From Podospora anserina (taxonomy: Eukaryota): a stretch of 64,000 nucleotides of DNA. Position 1 is the first letter of the stretch. Each line of letters starts with the position of its first letter. Made by a program: the position numbers and the translations under genes. The stretch lies in assembly GCA_017654855.1 (NCBI GenBank), contig CM030335.1:372001-436000 (forward strand), read 5' to 3'. The notes under the pieces are model-generated. The model was not told where the DNA came from, did not search any database, and saw nothing but the letters and a program-made list of their open reading frames with translations. This document shows, one piece after another, positions 11,785-25,300 of the stretch.

Positions 11785-13236
11785 ATGGGGAATAAGCAGT
11801 CGAAGCAAGATTCAATTCAAGAAGCCAGCACTACTGCTATGCCACCACCTCCAGCGCCAGGGCATCCATATCCACCAAGGACAAACAGCATCCCCAAACT
11901 TGACACCGACTTCCTGCTACAACCACCTGATGAAAGTTCCATCAGACGCCCGTGGCTGCAGCTCAACAATCTCATCGATTCACATGTTCAAACGTTTTAC
12001 ACCAACATCGCCAGCATCGACAACATTGCCCCTCGCGAAAAGATACAAGAAGTCCTGCTGGTTTCAGGAATCGTTGAGAGCACCAAGGACGTCGATAACC
12101 TCACAGAATTACTTTACGTTCCGAGGCACAGGAAGCTTGGGTTGCGAATATGTATTGCCCGGGCAGTGCTTGCGAGTATCGACTTTCAGAATGGAAGCCC
12201 TGAGATGACATCTCTCGACAGACAGGTTGTGGAGCTCATGAGCCGCTTCAAGACACTGCGGCCTGAACGAAGTCCAGAAGAAGAGGCTGCTATCGCCCAC
12301 TGGCGTATGATCACCGCCTTTTTCCTGGCCCCAGACTCGAAGCACTCAAGAGCGGATCTCGCCGGGGAGATTCCATGTGTGGACGTTCTCGTCAACTTCC
12401 TTGGGCTCTTCAAGCGACATTCGGATATTGCCAACCCGGAGCGAGCCGAACAAGGAACGAACAACGCAGACCAAGATTGGAAGGGGAGCATCAGGACCAT
12501 CGCCCTCCACGCCATCGGCATTGGAGAGAAACTATTCTGCCACCCCTCCACCTGGACCTTTCGCTGGTGCTCGCATCGCAAGGAACAACAAAGAGAAGCC
12601 TCGCAGATAGTGCTATTCCCAGCTCTTGTTGAGGACGTGCTGTCAAACAGCAGCAAGAGACGTCACAACACCATTCAGGCAGCCGACATCTCTCCTGCCT
12701 TTGTGTTCTCACCGAATGGCACCGTAATACCGGCACCAGAACAACAACTAGATCCAATACCGGCACCGGCGTCACCGAGCAGATCACCGAGCTCCACTGC
12801 CTCGAGGCCAGCCAGCATAGGATCTGGCGGCGGCGGCGGCGGCGGAGGAAGTGGCGGAGCACGCTGCACTCCGAACCAAGTCATTGCCGCCAGATCATCA
12901 CGAAGGAGCTACTTTGGAGAAGACAGCCCTCAGAACCATTACGTGACGGTGAATGGCGATACAGGATTCTCGACAACAATACCACCGGGGTCAAATGTGA
13001 ATATTGTCGTTGTCCCAAGACGGCCGTCAACCTCTCGCACCGGCAGCGGCACGCTGGTCTCCCCGGTGGTGTATGACAATCGAAGACCGATAGTGATCAG
13101 TCACTCTCCCGAGTCTCATTCGAGACGCAGCAGGAGACCACACTCGGCAAGTAGGGTGGTATATCCGGAGGAGTATGGGGAAGACTACGAGCGTGTCAGC
13201 AGGAGGGATAGTGCCAATCGGTATCGGACAGCATAA
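11785..13236 (+). CDS. Hypothetical protein with N-myristoylation motif, divergent from the Hsp70-like gene
   Basis: Uninterrupted 483-aa ORF starting MGNKQSK (MGxxxS/K consensus); helical core followed by an S/R/P-rich tail. Confidence 0.75.
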   Translation: MGNKQSKQDSIQEASTTAMPPPPAPGHPYPPRTNSIPKLDTDFLLQPPDESSIRRPWLQLNNLIDSHVQTFYTNIASIDNIAPREKIQEVLLVSGIVESTKDVDNLTELLYVPRHRKLGLRICIARAVLASIDFQNGSPEMTSLDRQVVELMSRFKTLRPERSPEEEAAIAHWRMITAFFLAPDSKHSRADLAGEIPCVDVLVNFLGLFKRHSDIANPERAEQGTNNADQDWKGSIRTIALHAIGIGEKLFCHPSTWTFRWCSHRKEQQREASQIVLFPALVEDVLSNSSKRRHNTIQAADISPAFVFSPNGTVIPAPEQQLDPIPAPASPSRSPSSTASRPASIGSGGGGGGGGSGGARCTPNQVIAARSSRRSYFGEDSPQNHYVTVNGDTGFSTTIPPGSNVNIVVVPRRPSTSRTGSGTLVSPVVYDNRRPIVISHSPESHSRRSRRPHSASRVVYPEEYGEDYERVSRRDSANRYRTA

Positions 13237-13862
13237 ATAAATTATGAAGGATGGTGGATGGATTGTTTTCACAGTGATGGATCATGAATGAAATCCCGAG
13301 CGGCGTTGATTGCTCATAATGACCCAAGCGCCAATGTCATATTTTTTTGTCTGATATATTTGCCTTGAAAAACGCCATCACAGGGCATCTGTCCCGATGG
13401 CTCAAATTGACGTCGATATTCCCGTCGGGTGAAGATCTGGACAGTGGCCCTTCGTCAGAGGTCACCATTTGATCAGTTCCGGGTCGCGGGTGACCCCCAC
13501 ACGATGGACAGCACGGTTAGAAGCGGACGGACTCGGTTTCCGGACCAGATCCACGGGATTTACAAGCGTATCAAGGAGATGCCTCACCCAAAGCACTCAA
13601 TTCCCCGACAGTCCATTCTCCAACACAAGTGAGTCGCATTCATCAGATACACTATTATATTGCTCTTCAGATTAGTTGCAGCTGAATCAAGCACCCGCCT
13701 CTCATTGGCTGCCTTTTGGTGGGGCACTGCGCCGTTGGAGCAGGGGCTTCATCCCAAGTTCAGTTGCTGACGGAGTGAATTCCGACTCTCGCATTTTCAT
13801 AAGAAAGACCATTTTCTCTCGCTTCCTTTGCTGGTTTTTCCTTTCCTTCCCTCATCATCACC

Positions 13863-15710
13863 ATGGCGTTGCTGGCCGCAATCAACGACGCGGGCCTCGG
13901 CGCCCGCCATGCCGCGCTCGCCATTGCCTTCTTGCTGGGATCGGTTATCGCCCACTATCTCTTCCGAGGCTATCAGGTGAGAAAGACATTCAAGGATCTC
14001 GAAAAGCAAGGTATAGTGAGTACTCCAAGTCGGCCCCTCCAAGAAAGGCCACGACACTGACCGACAACTCACAGCCAATTATGCAACATTCATGGATACT
14101 TGGCCATCTCGAAATCGTCGGCAGACTCCTCAAGGACCTGCCCTCGGACGCCCACGGCAATTACCTCCCGATTCTCATACTCGAAAACTGGCGCGAACTC
14201 TTCCCTCAATGCGACAACCGACCACCGGTCCTCTACCTCGACATGTGGCCCTTTGCCCAGCCATTCTTGTTGCCCCTCCTGCTGCCCATCGCGGTCCAAT
14301 TCACCCAAGACCACTCCCTCCCCAAGGCTCACGAGCAAAACAAGATCCTCCGACCCCTGACAAAGAACAAGGACCTCTCAACCATGGACGGAAACGAGTG
14401 GAAAGTCTGGCGGAAGAGGCTGAATGTAGGGTTCTCGATCCAGAACATCACGAACCGCATCCCCGACATGCTGGACGAAGTGGAGAAGTTTTACGACAAG
14501 CTCGAAGCCAAAGCTGGGAGGAATGGCGAGTGGGGCCCGGTCTTCCAGATGGAGTTGCAGACGACGAAGCTGGCGATGGATATGATCTTTCGCTTCTTCT
14601 TCGGCAAGCAAGTCCATGCCAGACTGGCCCATGTCCAGCCAGCCCTCGAAGATGCCGTCATGGACACGATTCGGAGATTTGTCTTTTTTCACCACATCGG
14701 CAACTTTCTGGTCGAACACAGCCCTTGGAGGAAGTTCAAGTTGTGGAAGAATTACCGGACTTTGATGGCAGGATTGGGCCCCGTCCTGCACCAGCGACTG
14801 GGCGAGTTGACCGCCGACGATAAGCCCCGAGCCAAGGTTGCCGACACCGTCGTGGACGCCCTGATACAAGGAGTCATGGAAGATCGCGACGCAGGGTTGG
14901 TCAACACATCGGACCGGGATTTCTTGGAATTGGCAGTTGGGCAAGTCGGCATGTTCATCTTTGCTGGACACGACACGACTGCGAGCGCTATTTGCTGGGT
15001 TCTCCACTTGCTATCGAAACATCCCGAGGTTTTGGAAAAGGTCAGGGCTGAGCACGACGCGGTTCTTGGGCCCGACCCGAATGCTGCCGCCAGCGTGCTG
15101 CGCGCGAAGCCAGAGTTGATCAACGCGCTCACTTACACCAACGCTGTCATGAAAGAGGCCATGAGAGTACATACCAACGTCGGCACCATGCGGAGGGGCG
15201 AGCCCGGTTTCTATCTCACAGGGCCAGCCGGGAGTGGATATGATGGGGTGAAATTCCCTTGCGGGGAAGGGTGGGTGGTATGGGACAACACCTTTGCGCT
15301 GCACAGAGACCCGGAGCAGTGGCCAAGGGTACATGAGTTCATACCAGAGAGATTCCTGATCACGGACGAGAACGATCCTATGCACCCACCAAAGAACGGC
15401 TGGAGGTTCTTCGAGCTCGGGCCGAGGAACTGCATCGGGCAGCATCTGGCGATGGTGGAGATCAAGATGGCGCTGGTGCTGGTGTTGCGGAGGTTGGATG
15501 TGAAGGCTGCTTGGGATGAGTGGGATGCTAAGAGGTGCGAATTCTACCCATCGAGTCTTGACAAGGTAACTAACATGAAATCAACCAAACAGGGCCCTCA
15601 AGGGAAAGAAGACGTCCATGATATGGGGTGACAGGTGTTATCATGCTGGGGGGGAGTCGCCGCCTCACGTCAAGGACCACATGCCGGTTCACATTCGATT
15701 GAGGCAGTAG
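13863..15710 (+). CDS. Cytochrome P450 monooxygenase (2 introns)
   Basis: N-terminal TM helix, AGHDTT I-helix, EAMR (ExxR), PERF and heme motif FELGPRNCIG. Confidence 0.95.
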
Positions 15711-16209
15711 TCGCTATTGAGGAGGCACGTCATGCGTTTGATTTTGTCTTGGAAACGGGAAGCGGAGGAAAAGAAAAGCGGACAGTAATGTTTAATGACA
15801 GTATTAACAAACCTCATAGGCTACTTGATTTGTCGCTGAATTCGTCAAGACCCTAGACCCTGAATTGTGCTTTTGGTGTGGTGATGAGCCTTTTGATACG
15901 ATTGCCGTGTGCTGGGAATACTACCTCTACAGGATCACAGGTCTCGGTTTCTCGGCGGTGAGAAAATGGTGAGGGCCTCTGATTGGGCCGGCAAGGACGA
16001 GCTCGATATTACCAACCTGCGAGGGCATCCTGCACATTCACCCCCGGCTACCACGAGGGGATTTGAGAACAATAGCCGTCATGCGCCGGCTACCCGGTTA
16101 TCTGCAGCGCGGGGATATATCCCAAGACCTGCCCCCTCCTCGAGGCTGAGAAATGCTTGTTCATTTTGGTTACCACTCCGCAACGGCATTCACCTCGACA
16201 TTCAACAGA

Positions 16210-18190
16210 ATGAAAAGCTCAACGATTTTGGCCTGGTGGGCTTTGACCGCTGGCCAGGGGGTGATTGCAGCAAGGGTGAAGCTTCATGTTCCTATTGTGG
16301 ACTTGGACTATGCGGTTTACGAAGGGTATCACAACTCAACTTTCAACACCAATGTTTTCCGAGGGTAGGCTTCCACACTCAACATCGAATTCCACGAGAC
16401 GCTGGCTGATATTGACGATCTAGCATCCGTTTTGCCGCTCCGCCGAAACGATGGCAACTTCCCGATGCACCTGAGGTTGACAGGGCTTCCGTAACCAAGG
16501 CAGTCAACAATCCACCGAGATGTCCTCAGTCCGGTGCTGCGCCAGGGTAACCTGAGTCTTCTATTCTAGTCGTCAAGATACTGACATGGATTTGTCAGAC
16601 CTGCCGCGGTCAACTTCACACAGGACGTACTGGGTGATGAGGACTGCCTCTTTCTCAACGTCTTTGCCCCGGTCAGGGCGAAGAAGCTGCCTGTTTTGGT
16701 ATGGATTCGTACGTCTTCCACCAGCCCCAGTCCAAAGACCACATAGGTATTAACTCTTGCAGATGGCGGCGGCTATGGGCTCGGGTCCGCTGCTAGCTTT
16801 GACTTCTCCCACATGGCCCAGACCGTCAACAACGGCTTCGTCAGCGTTGTGATCCAATACCGCCTTGGAGCTTTTGGGTTTCTTTCGTCGGCAGAAGTAG
16901 TAGAGAACGGGGGGGTTCCCAACGCTGCTCTGCACGACCAGCGGTTTGCCTTGCAATGGGTGCAGAAGTACATTGATCGGTTTGGCGGCGACCCAGACCA
17001 GGTCACAGTCTCGGGTGGGTCGGCAGGCGGTGGATCAGTGATGTTGCTTGCGATGGCAAACAACGGAACAGAGGGGAACTCGTTGTTCAGACGCGGAATC
17101 GCGAGCAGTCCGTATTTGCCTACTCAACCGTACGTTTCCCTTTTACTTGCGTCATGATTTTGTGCTGAGGTGCCACAGCAATTTCGACGATGGCCTGCCA
17201 ACAGAATACTACCGCCAACTCGCCCGTCGCACCAACTGCCTTAACGCCACCTCTGTCTTCTCCTGCCTCCGAAACGCTGACACGTTGCTCCTGCAAAACG
17301 CCTCCTCAGCAACAAGCTACTCTGCCCGGTTCAACCAGTGGGCTTTCATCCCCGTGACCGATAACAAACTCATCTTTTCCTCCCCCACCGAGCAGCTCCC
17401 TGCAGGCAAAGTCAACGGGGAGGCCTTCCTCGCTGGTGTAAGCCCCCCCCCCCGCTTCCCCCCTTTGCCCCTCTCCCAAAACAATGCTAACCACTCTGTG
17501 TGTACAGAGCAACTCAAACGAGGGCTACTACTTCACCCCCCAAAACATCACCTCCCAATCCACCTTTCTCTCCTTTGTCACCCTCAACTACCCTTTCCTG
17601 TCCCCCGAGAACATCTCCTCCATTCTCTCCCTCTACACCCCCTCCCCTCTCCCCGCCGACACTCCCCTCTTCGAAACCGACGGCCTCAACCCCCCTTTTG
17701 CGACTGAGATGTCAGCAGTTGGGAAGGGCTGGCAGCAGGCAGCGAATAATTTGTATGCAGAAACAACATTTGTCTGCACGGCGTACTGGCTGGTGGAAGC
17801 GTACGGGGAGAAAGGGTGGCAGTATCAGTTCTCCCCTCCAGGGGCAGGGTTTCATGGGAGTGACAACGGGCCTTTGCTGCAGGACTCCAAGATTGGGAGG
17901 AGTGGGACGGTGATGGATGAAGAGTTTAGACGGGGGTTTCAGGGGGTTTGGGGACGGTTTGTGACTAGGGGGGTGCCGACTCTGGATGGGCAAGGGGAGG
18001 GGGCGGTGGCGGAAGCGGTGAGGGAGGGGGTATGGAAGGCGGGGGGGAGGGACTCGTTGTTGAATCTGAACGTTACTGTTGCTGAGGGGGGGAGGGAAAG
18101 GGTGAATACCTGGGCGGTGGTGGATGGGGAGGGCTGGGAGGGGGGACGGGGGGGAGGTGCAGGTTTTGGAAGGGGGTTGGGTTTCGTTGA
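16210..18190 (+). CDS. Secreted type-B carboxylesterase (multi-exon; apparent frameshift near the C-terminus)
   Basis: Signal peptide MKSSTILAWW, EDCLFLNV, LPVLVWIHGGGY (spliced), QYRLGAFGFL, FGGDPDQVTVSGGSAGG nucleophile elbow and FHGSD His; the terminal RCRFW lies out of frame after a G run. Confidence 0.9.
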
Positions 18191-18408
18191 GTTTGGAAGG
18201 TTAAGTAAGGAGACTGGGCTGCGTTGGACGGGACAGGTCACGGCGAAGAGAATAGAGACTGTTGGGGTTGGTAATAATGGTTATGTACTACCGCCTGGTA
18301 TGTCAGGTGGCAAAATGCTAAAGTATATACAGGTGAAAATAAGATGTTTGTTGGTATTAATCCGACGTCGCTCATGCTCGTGCCCTTTTCCGAGTCGCAT
18401 TGAGACAT

Positions 18409-19393
18409 TTATGGGAGGCACTGGCCTGGAGGAAAGACACGTCAGCATGTGTGAGGCAAAGAAGGATAAGGGGGACAACATACTGTACCACTGGTTGGAA
18501 GCCACGCAAGTACCCTGAGCACAGGTGGTAGGGCCGGTATACCCCTGACCACCGCACTGGCCATAAAGAGGAGCACCGGCACCACCACCGTTTCCACCAG
18601 TAGGCTGGGGGTTAGGAGCAGCAGAAGTGGGCTGAGGCTGGGGGTTGGGGTTGGAGCCACCGGAGCAGGTGAGAGGAGCAGGGCCGGGGATGGTGTAAGG
18701 ACGGCCGCCGTTGGTAGGGCGGCCCTGGAGGTCATAGATGGAGACCAAGATGCCGGGGTGGTCCGCGGTGTAAGCACCGGGGAAGCTGACAAAGTTGGAG
18801 CCGGTGTTGGTGCCAGACCCAGTAATCTCGATCTGGGCGCACTCCATGTAGAACTGGGCGGCACCGCGGACGCTGGCGGAGTGAAGGGCGAGCAGCTCGA
18901 CGCGCATGAGGTAGTGGCCGGGGGCGACGCAGCTGGGCATGTCGAAGTAGTGCCAGCCGCCGTTGGAGATCATGTTGTCGACAGCCCAGACGCCGTTGTT
19001 GAGGCCTTGCTCGGCGACCTTGAACCACTGGAGGCCGGACGTGCCGGCGTTGGCAGCATTGTTGACCTTGGCGAGGTAGACCTGGATGGGACCCTTGTGG
19101 GAGGCGGCGATGGGGTGATCCGGGTCGTTGGGCCCGGCGGCACCACCAATCTCATGCCCCCACCAGGCACCGACTCTGGCGCCGGCTGGGACCTTGATCA
19201 CGGTGTTATCCCGCAGCTGGATGTTGGTGTTGCAGGCAAAGTCGGGGTGGTTGACGTTCTCGATGGGGAAGTTGCTGTAGGGAGCGCGGACGCCCTTGAG
19301 CTGGCCTTGGTCGACGCCGTTAACCGACACCTTTTGGAAGATGGAGTGGGCGCTGACGGACGCAGCCAGGGAGACGAGAGTGAAGGCCTTCAT
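18409..19393 (-). CDS. lpmo9H: AA9 lytic polysaccharide monooxygenase with C-terminal CBM1 (PaLPMO9H-like)
   Basis: Signal peptide then His1 ([11 protein letters not shown]), second His (WGHEIGG), SHKGP, AQFYMEC, P/T linker and CBM1 [15 protein letters not shown]...NQWYSQCLP after a short 3' intron. The gene symbol is from recall of the Podospora enzyme. Confidence 0.95.
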
Positions 19394-20946
19394 TGTGTAT
19401 GTGTGTGGAGAATCTTGGGGATGACTGAAACCGAACAAACAAGCTTTGGGAGATGCTCAGAAAGAAACAAGCAAATGACAAGAACAGGCGGTGGCGCTTG
19501 TAGGTTGCAGAGACAAGACAGTACTTTCTTGACCCCTCGGGAGTCAACTCTTCTTTTATACATCTCGTCCGATGTCATTCCGGTCTGGCCTTGCATCGAG
19601 GTGTGTCAAGTGTGTAATTTCGTTGCATTGTCCGCGGGGCAGCCTAGCGGCTCAGTATTCCGGGAACCGATTCTCGCAATTGCTCAAATAGGAAACGGAG
19701 GTATCCTCCACGACGGAAGCGAACTCGATCGCCTTGGCACCGTCCAAGCGGCACACCCAAAACCCGGTCCAGGTGCAAAAGAAAACCTGGGGTAGATGTG
19801 GAGGTAGCCTTCCGCATGGTCAGTCGGCCCGTTCGTGGTAACTAAGGGTGGCGTGGACGGCTTGTATGTACATATAGACCGCCCCCTTTTCATCCCCGTG
19901 ATACGCTCGGAATTTTCCTCCGTGGTTGGAAACTTGAAGAATCTTGCTGTTTGCTGTAGCTACCAAGGCTTCTGCCCCACACAGACTCGCGTTGATGTTC
20001 CGGATATATTGATGATGGGTGCGGGATGCACTGTTGGTGGTGGTGATGATGCTGGTTGGAGGAATTGGGCTGCTTGATCGAGAGCCCAAGACGACGCCAT
20101 CATCACCATTAATCACCACGCCAACACTCCAGGGTGAGAACGGCGTTGCACCTATGCGCACCAAGAGCACCAAGACGGAATTTTCTTGCAAATATATTGA
20201 ACCGTCGTCACCTCTTGATAAGGACGGCGGGGGACACTCTACACATCCCACGTTTGCCCACCACCTATTTACCAAGACATTAATGACGAACAAATACAAG
20301 CTTTGGGTAGCATTTATATACTAGACCAATGACAGTTTCCATAAATAAAGCTGCCCCCACGTCGAACAGAGTGTCCTTGCAAAAAGATGTTATCGCGCCC
20401 TCAAACCTTAGCACAGAACATCGGCTGTAAAAGCATCCACCAAGGGCAAGCCAACCCGCTAGCAGGCTTTTGAGTTTCCTCGTGCACTATATTAGCTAAG
20501 TATCTCATGTTCTCTAACTTAGGCACCTATCTCAGCTCCATCAACACACAGGTCTATCCTTCTTGCATTCAAGAAAGTCGTCGTAAAGATGACGCAGCCC
20601 TCAGGGGGCCGGTTACACCATGATTACGGTCCCAAAAGCCCAAAACATGATGGATTGTATTTACAATGACCTGTGGTTACCTAGATAGTAATGTTATTTC
20701 ATGCCGATTAAAACCTACCTACCCATCTACACTAACCAGCATAACTTCCACTCCGGTACAACCTAAATACGCGATGTATGCACGTTCAGTTAGGTAAGGT
20801 ACCCAGAGATATCCTTTGTCACTGAAGGTGAAGTAGCATCCAGCTCTTATCTGATCGCTGGGCGCCACCCACGCTGCAATCGCCGCATCTTTCCCTGACC
20901 GCTTGCTGACTTTGTCTCTGTCACTTATCTACCAACACATCGGGAT

Positions 20947-21879
20947 TCAGACGCTCACTGGCCCATGGGTTATCGCGTCCTCATCAGTGTAGCCCTGCTC
21001 CAGCATGAACACCGCCTTTTTCAATCCATAATATCTTGCCAGTTCCAACGTTGTCGCGTGGGATACTCTATATGGCGGGGGGTGCTTGTTACCCACCATC
21101 CACCCTGTCCTTGGTTCCATGCTCATCTTGTCCCTCATCTCGCTTCCGTATTTGATGAAACAGTTGTGGATATGGGTTTCGGTAGTTCGTTGCTGCCCTG
21201 TGCTCGCTCTGCGTAGCAGAAGTAGTGTTGCTAAGGCTTCATACCGTCCTTCAATCGCCAGGTGAAGAGCCGTCCGTTTTGTTGTGCTTTGACCTTGATA
21301 CTCATACACTGGCTCTACATCCTCCGACCATCTATGCAATAGTGAGCGAGAGGCATGTAGGTACGGGTCAGGAGGTATGTTCCAAGCTTGGCTATATACC
21401 TCCTCGGTCAAAGCATTGATGGTGGCACAGCCTGGATGGCAGTCTAACAGTGCCCGGGCTACATCAAGATGTCCTTTTCTCGCAGCGTGATGTAATGCAG
21501 TATGTCCCGAGCCATCTTTTCTTTTAGCCTCTGCACCCTTTTCCAGAAGTATCCGCACGACAGCTTCATGCCCTCTCTTTGCAGCAAGCTTTAGCGGCCT
21601 GGGGTTGGAGCCATGGCATCCCTTGAGAGCAGGGTCGGGTTCGTTGGCTGTTGCCCACCAAGGAGGTGCCCGATTATCAATGATTTCCTGGTTGAAGCTG
21701 GGTTGGTTAAACATCAGTCTGACAGCGTTGGTAATCCCAAAGTGTGCTGCCAAGTGTAAGCCTGTCCACGGTTCTTTGGTGAAATCTTCGCCTGAGATGG
21801 CCCCACTGTTCCTCACAAAAGCACAACATGCATCTGTCTTGCCTTTATTGTGCAATATAGCCAAGGCATCTTGTATCAA
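20947..21879 (-). CDS. Ankyrin-repeat protein (5' end uncertain, possibly a truncated NLR remnant)
   Basis: TGLHLAAHFG, PLKLAAKRGHEAVVRILLEKGA, TALHHAARKGH and TALHLAIEG repeats; upstream frames are interrupted. Confidence 0.7.
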   Translation of the reverse strand: MIQDALAILHNKGKTDACCAFVRNSGAISGEDFTKEPWTGLHLAAHFGITNAVRLMFNQPSFNQEIIDNRAPPWWATANEPDPALKGCHGSNPRPLKLAAKRGHEAVVRILLEKGAEAKRKDGSGHTALHHAARKGHLDVARALLDCHPGCATINALTEEVYSQAWNIPPDPYLHASRSLLHRWSEDVEPVYEYQGQSTTKRTALHLAIEGRYEALATLLLLRRASTGQQRTTETHIHNCFIKYGSEMRDKMSMEPRTGWMVGNKHPPPYRVSHATTLELARYYGLKKAVFMLEQGYTDEDAITHGPVSV

Positions 21880-22321
21880 GCCAAAGGACGCAGTGAGGTC
21901 ATCAGGAGGGCTCGTAGTCGAGGTACCCCAGCTGGTTTATTTTCGGAAAGTTCCAGTACAGGGCTTCAAGCAACTCCAAACTGAGCACTTCTAAGCTTTC
22001 AGGGTTGACCGGGGCGAAACGGACAGCCTTGAGTACCTCTGACGGCGAAGCATCATTGCCCCCGTGTCTCTTAACACAGGAAACGTCAACGAGGGGCTGA
22101 GGTGTTGGTAATACAGAGGTATGGCGGATGGACACTTCCCAGGGAGTCAGACAAGCTGGATATTCTGATTATAGTGATGCTGGTATGGTTATGGTGAGCG
22201 TTGATGAACCTGGCGAGCTCATGCGCTCCCCTGACCGCCTCAAGAGTATGTATCACATCTGCTGGTTTGTTGCTGCAGTTCTCTTCACAGCCCATCATGT
22301 AGATCTTCAAAAGCGCACCCA

Positions 22322-25300
22322 TCAAAGCTTCATCGAAGAAACAAACCTCACCGCCAACCCCGTCACCACCTCCGGCGCCTTTCCCCCCATCCTCAACCCC
22401 TCCGTCGGCCCCTCAAAATACTCCCACACCTCAATAAACTTCCCAATCTCCCTATCCACCCCCATCTTCTGAAAAACCAACTTCATGTTCCTATGATCCT
22501 TCAAACTCACCAATCTCCCCGCCTCCACCACCGGCCCTGCCGCCCCTGACCCAACCCCATTCACCGCCGTACCCCCACCACCACTCTTCACCCTCTCCCT
22601 CTCATTCTCCCCAAATATCGCAGCCAACCTAACAACATGCAACACCAGCGCCGCCAACCCCGCCGCCAAAGCCGTAGCAACCGAGCTCCCCGTGTTCTCC
22701 TGGAAATGACTCGGTATACTACTATTAATCGTCTCATGCCGTGAAACAACCGAACACCCCGGAAAGATAAAGTTCAAATTGTGGGTGTCACCCGACCTCT
22801 CCCAGGGTCTGCCATCGTCGGTAGCGGCACCAATTCTGATGATGCGGCTACGATCAAACTCGTAAGGGTACTCCTCGTCAGAGAAGTTCCCTGCGTCGCC
22901 TGCCGCGCAGAAGACGAGGATGCCGGCGTCGAGAGCGCGTTTGATGGCGTCTCCGAGGTCTTTGAGGTCGGCGTCGCGCTCGCGTTCTTTGGGCTTTTTC
23001 ACAGTCCAGGAAATGGAGATTATATCTACCCCGCGGGCGACGGCGGCGTCGACAGACTGCACGGGGGTTAGGATTTGAGCGGAAAGAAGAGGGAGCGCAT
23101 ACGGGGGGTGGCATACCTGGGTGGCGCTTCTGGCTACGATCTGGTTGTGAGTCTGCCCATCGACTAGGGAGTCCGGGGAGAGGTGTGTTTCCAGCTTGAA
23201 GACGTAGAGTTTGGCGGTTGGACAAACTCGGCAAATCATATCCGCCATGACGGTGCCGTGGCCGCTGGCAGAGATAAAATAGGGGCTTGGGCCGTTCTCA
23301 TCTGGTTCGCCACGGTCAAAGGTTGCTCCGCCAATGACTTTACCCCCGATAGAGGAAGTATCGATATTAACTCCATCATCAATCAGAGCAACAGTGATGT
23401 CTTTTAGCAGTAGCTTGTGCTGAGTTGGAGGCACCTCGACACCTTGGATCCCATCGGCAAAGGCGTCCATGCAGTTGAGCCACTTGTGGGCAGACAGATT
23501 CCTCTGGTTTGCTACACGCATGGGCTTAGCGCGGGTGCCGGAAGATGAGCCACTGTCCCCCCGCGAAAAGTTCTCCTCGATGGTTTCAACAGTGATTGTC
23601 CGAACAGGCCCATCCATGGAGGGACGGTCTCCGGTAACAGTCCGACGAATCCCAGGAACGGGAACAGCCTTGTCATTCTGCGGTCGAGCAGCAGCGGTGA
23701 TACCCTGCTTCTCCAGCTCATAATTCCGGACGGCTTTTCGTAACCGGCGCTTGAAGTCCTCCACATAAGATTGGATGCGGTCAGCTGGCTCTAGGACTTC
23801 CGCGGAATTCCACAACAAGTGGATAGTCTTGAGTTTCTCAAGCCTCACCAACCCATCCGGTTCGCTCCATGCCCGCAGGACAGCCCTGTTTCCACTCCAC
23901 CACAAGTGCAGATGGCGGACATGTTGACAGGCGACAAAAAGTGTTTCGGGACAGATGTCCGATTTCCGCCACTCGAGACTCTCAATCTCAAAGTGCTTCA
24001 GGGAGTCTTCTATGGCCTTGTCACTGTGAGGTCTTTCGGGCCAATCGTCGACCACGACCTTGAGGATATGCTTGACAGACTTCTCCCGAAGCCAGTTGAA
24101 AAAGAAGACGAGGTCCACCCGGCCGCGGCCAGGCCTTGGCTGCTGTGCAAGACGTTTGGCGTGGAGTTTGCTGGTGTTGTTTCCGGGGCTGTCCAGCTCG
24201 ATCTTGTTGAAGGCGACATATCTTAGGACGCTGTCAAAACGCATATGAGCGAAGCTCTGTTCAAAGTTCTTGCGGGTAACTGGTGAAACTGCTTTGGAGT
24301 AATCAAAATACAAGTTCCAATCTGGTGGAGCGTCAGTGACAACACCGTACTGTCGTGATGGCTCTGATACACTTATACGTACCCTGGATGTTGGACCCGT
24401 GGAGAAATCGCAGTGCCTGGCTCTGATCTCGCGGTTGAGGACGATCTGGTGTCTGGAACGTGGACCGAAGGTAATGCAGTTTGATACCCTGGATGATCCT
24501 GTCTGCCCACTCCCTGTTCACATCACGTTTAACTCCATTGATAGGTCCCGGCGGAGGTGGGTCCATATTTCTTGTTGATGGGGCATTGGACTGTTCACGG
24601 ATCGCCTCTCGTCCTCGCTGAGGTTCAACATCGCCCCCCTTCTTGCCGGGGGCATGGTTTGTCGTGCGGCCCCGAGAACTTTCCACATTGTACAGGTGAG
24701 GTACGTTATCTGGAAGATGACCGACTCGGCCAGACGGAGATTTTCCCCGGTTCTGATTTGAAGATTGAGAGGTCCCGTTCGGCTCACCAGCCTGGCCCGC
24801 CAGCAAGCCCGTTTTTCGTTCAGCATCCGCCCGTGTATAATAGTGATATTCGTAGACAGACAGTTGTGAGGGATTGGTAGTGAACTGGTCCAAGCATTCA
24901 TCTGCTCTCTGCAGCAAAGCCTCAACAATCCGCTGCTGGCTAGCAGAACAGCGGTCGTACTGAATGGCAAGATGCAAGGGGGTCAGGCCATCATAGTCTC
25001 CGGCGCAAAGAGTGCCCTTGGAGGCTCTCTGTATAAGATTCAAAGTATGTTGTTCGGGGAGATTGTGGATTATGGCAGCATGGATGCTGTTTCTGCCGTG
25101 GTCGCATGTTCTAGCTAGCAGGCTGTCCAGATCTCCGTTGAACTTTTCCACGATGGCGCGCAAGACATTTTCGTTTTTCCTGGTGATGGCAATCCAGAGA
25201 GGTGTTTTGCCATTGTCGTCGGCCACGGAGAGAAGCTGTGGGCTGTTCTTGATAAGAAGCAGGGTGAGGCCTCTGTGGCCCACTCTGTTGGCAACAAGGT

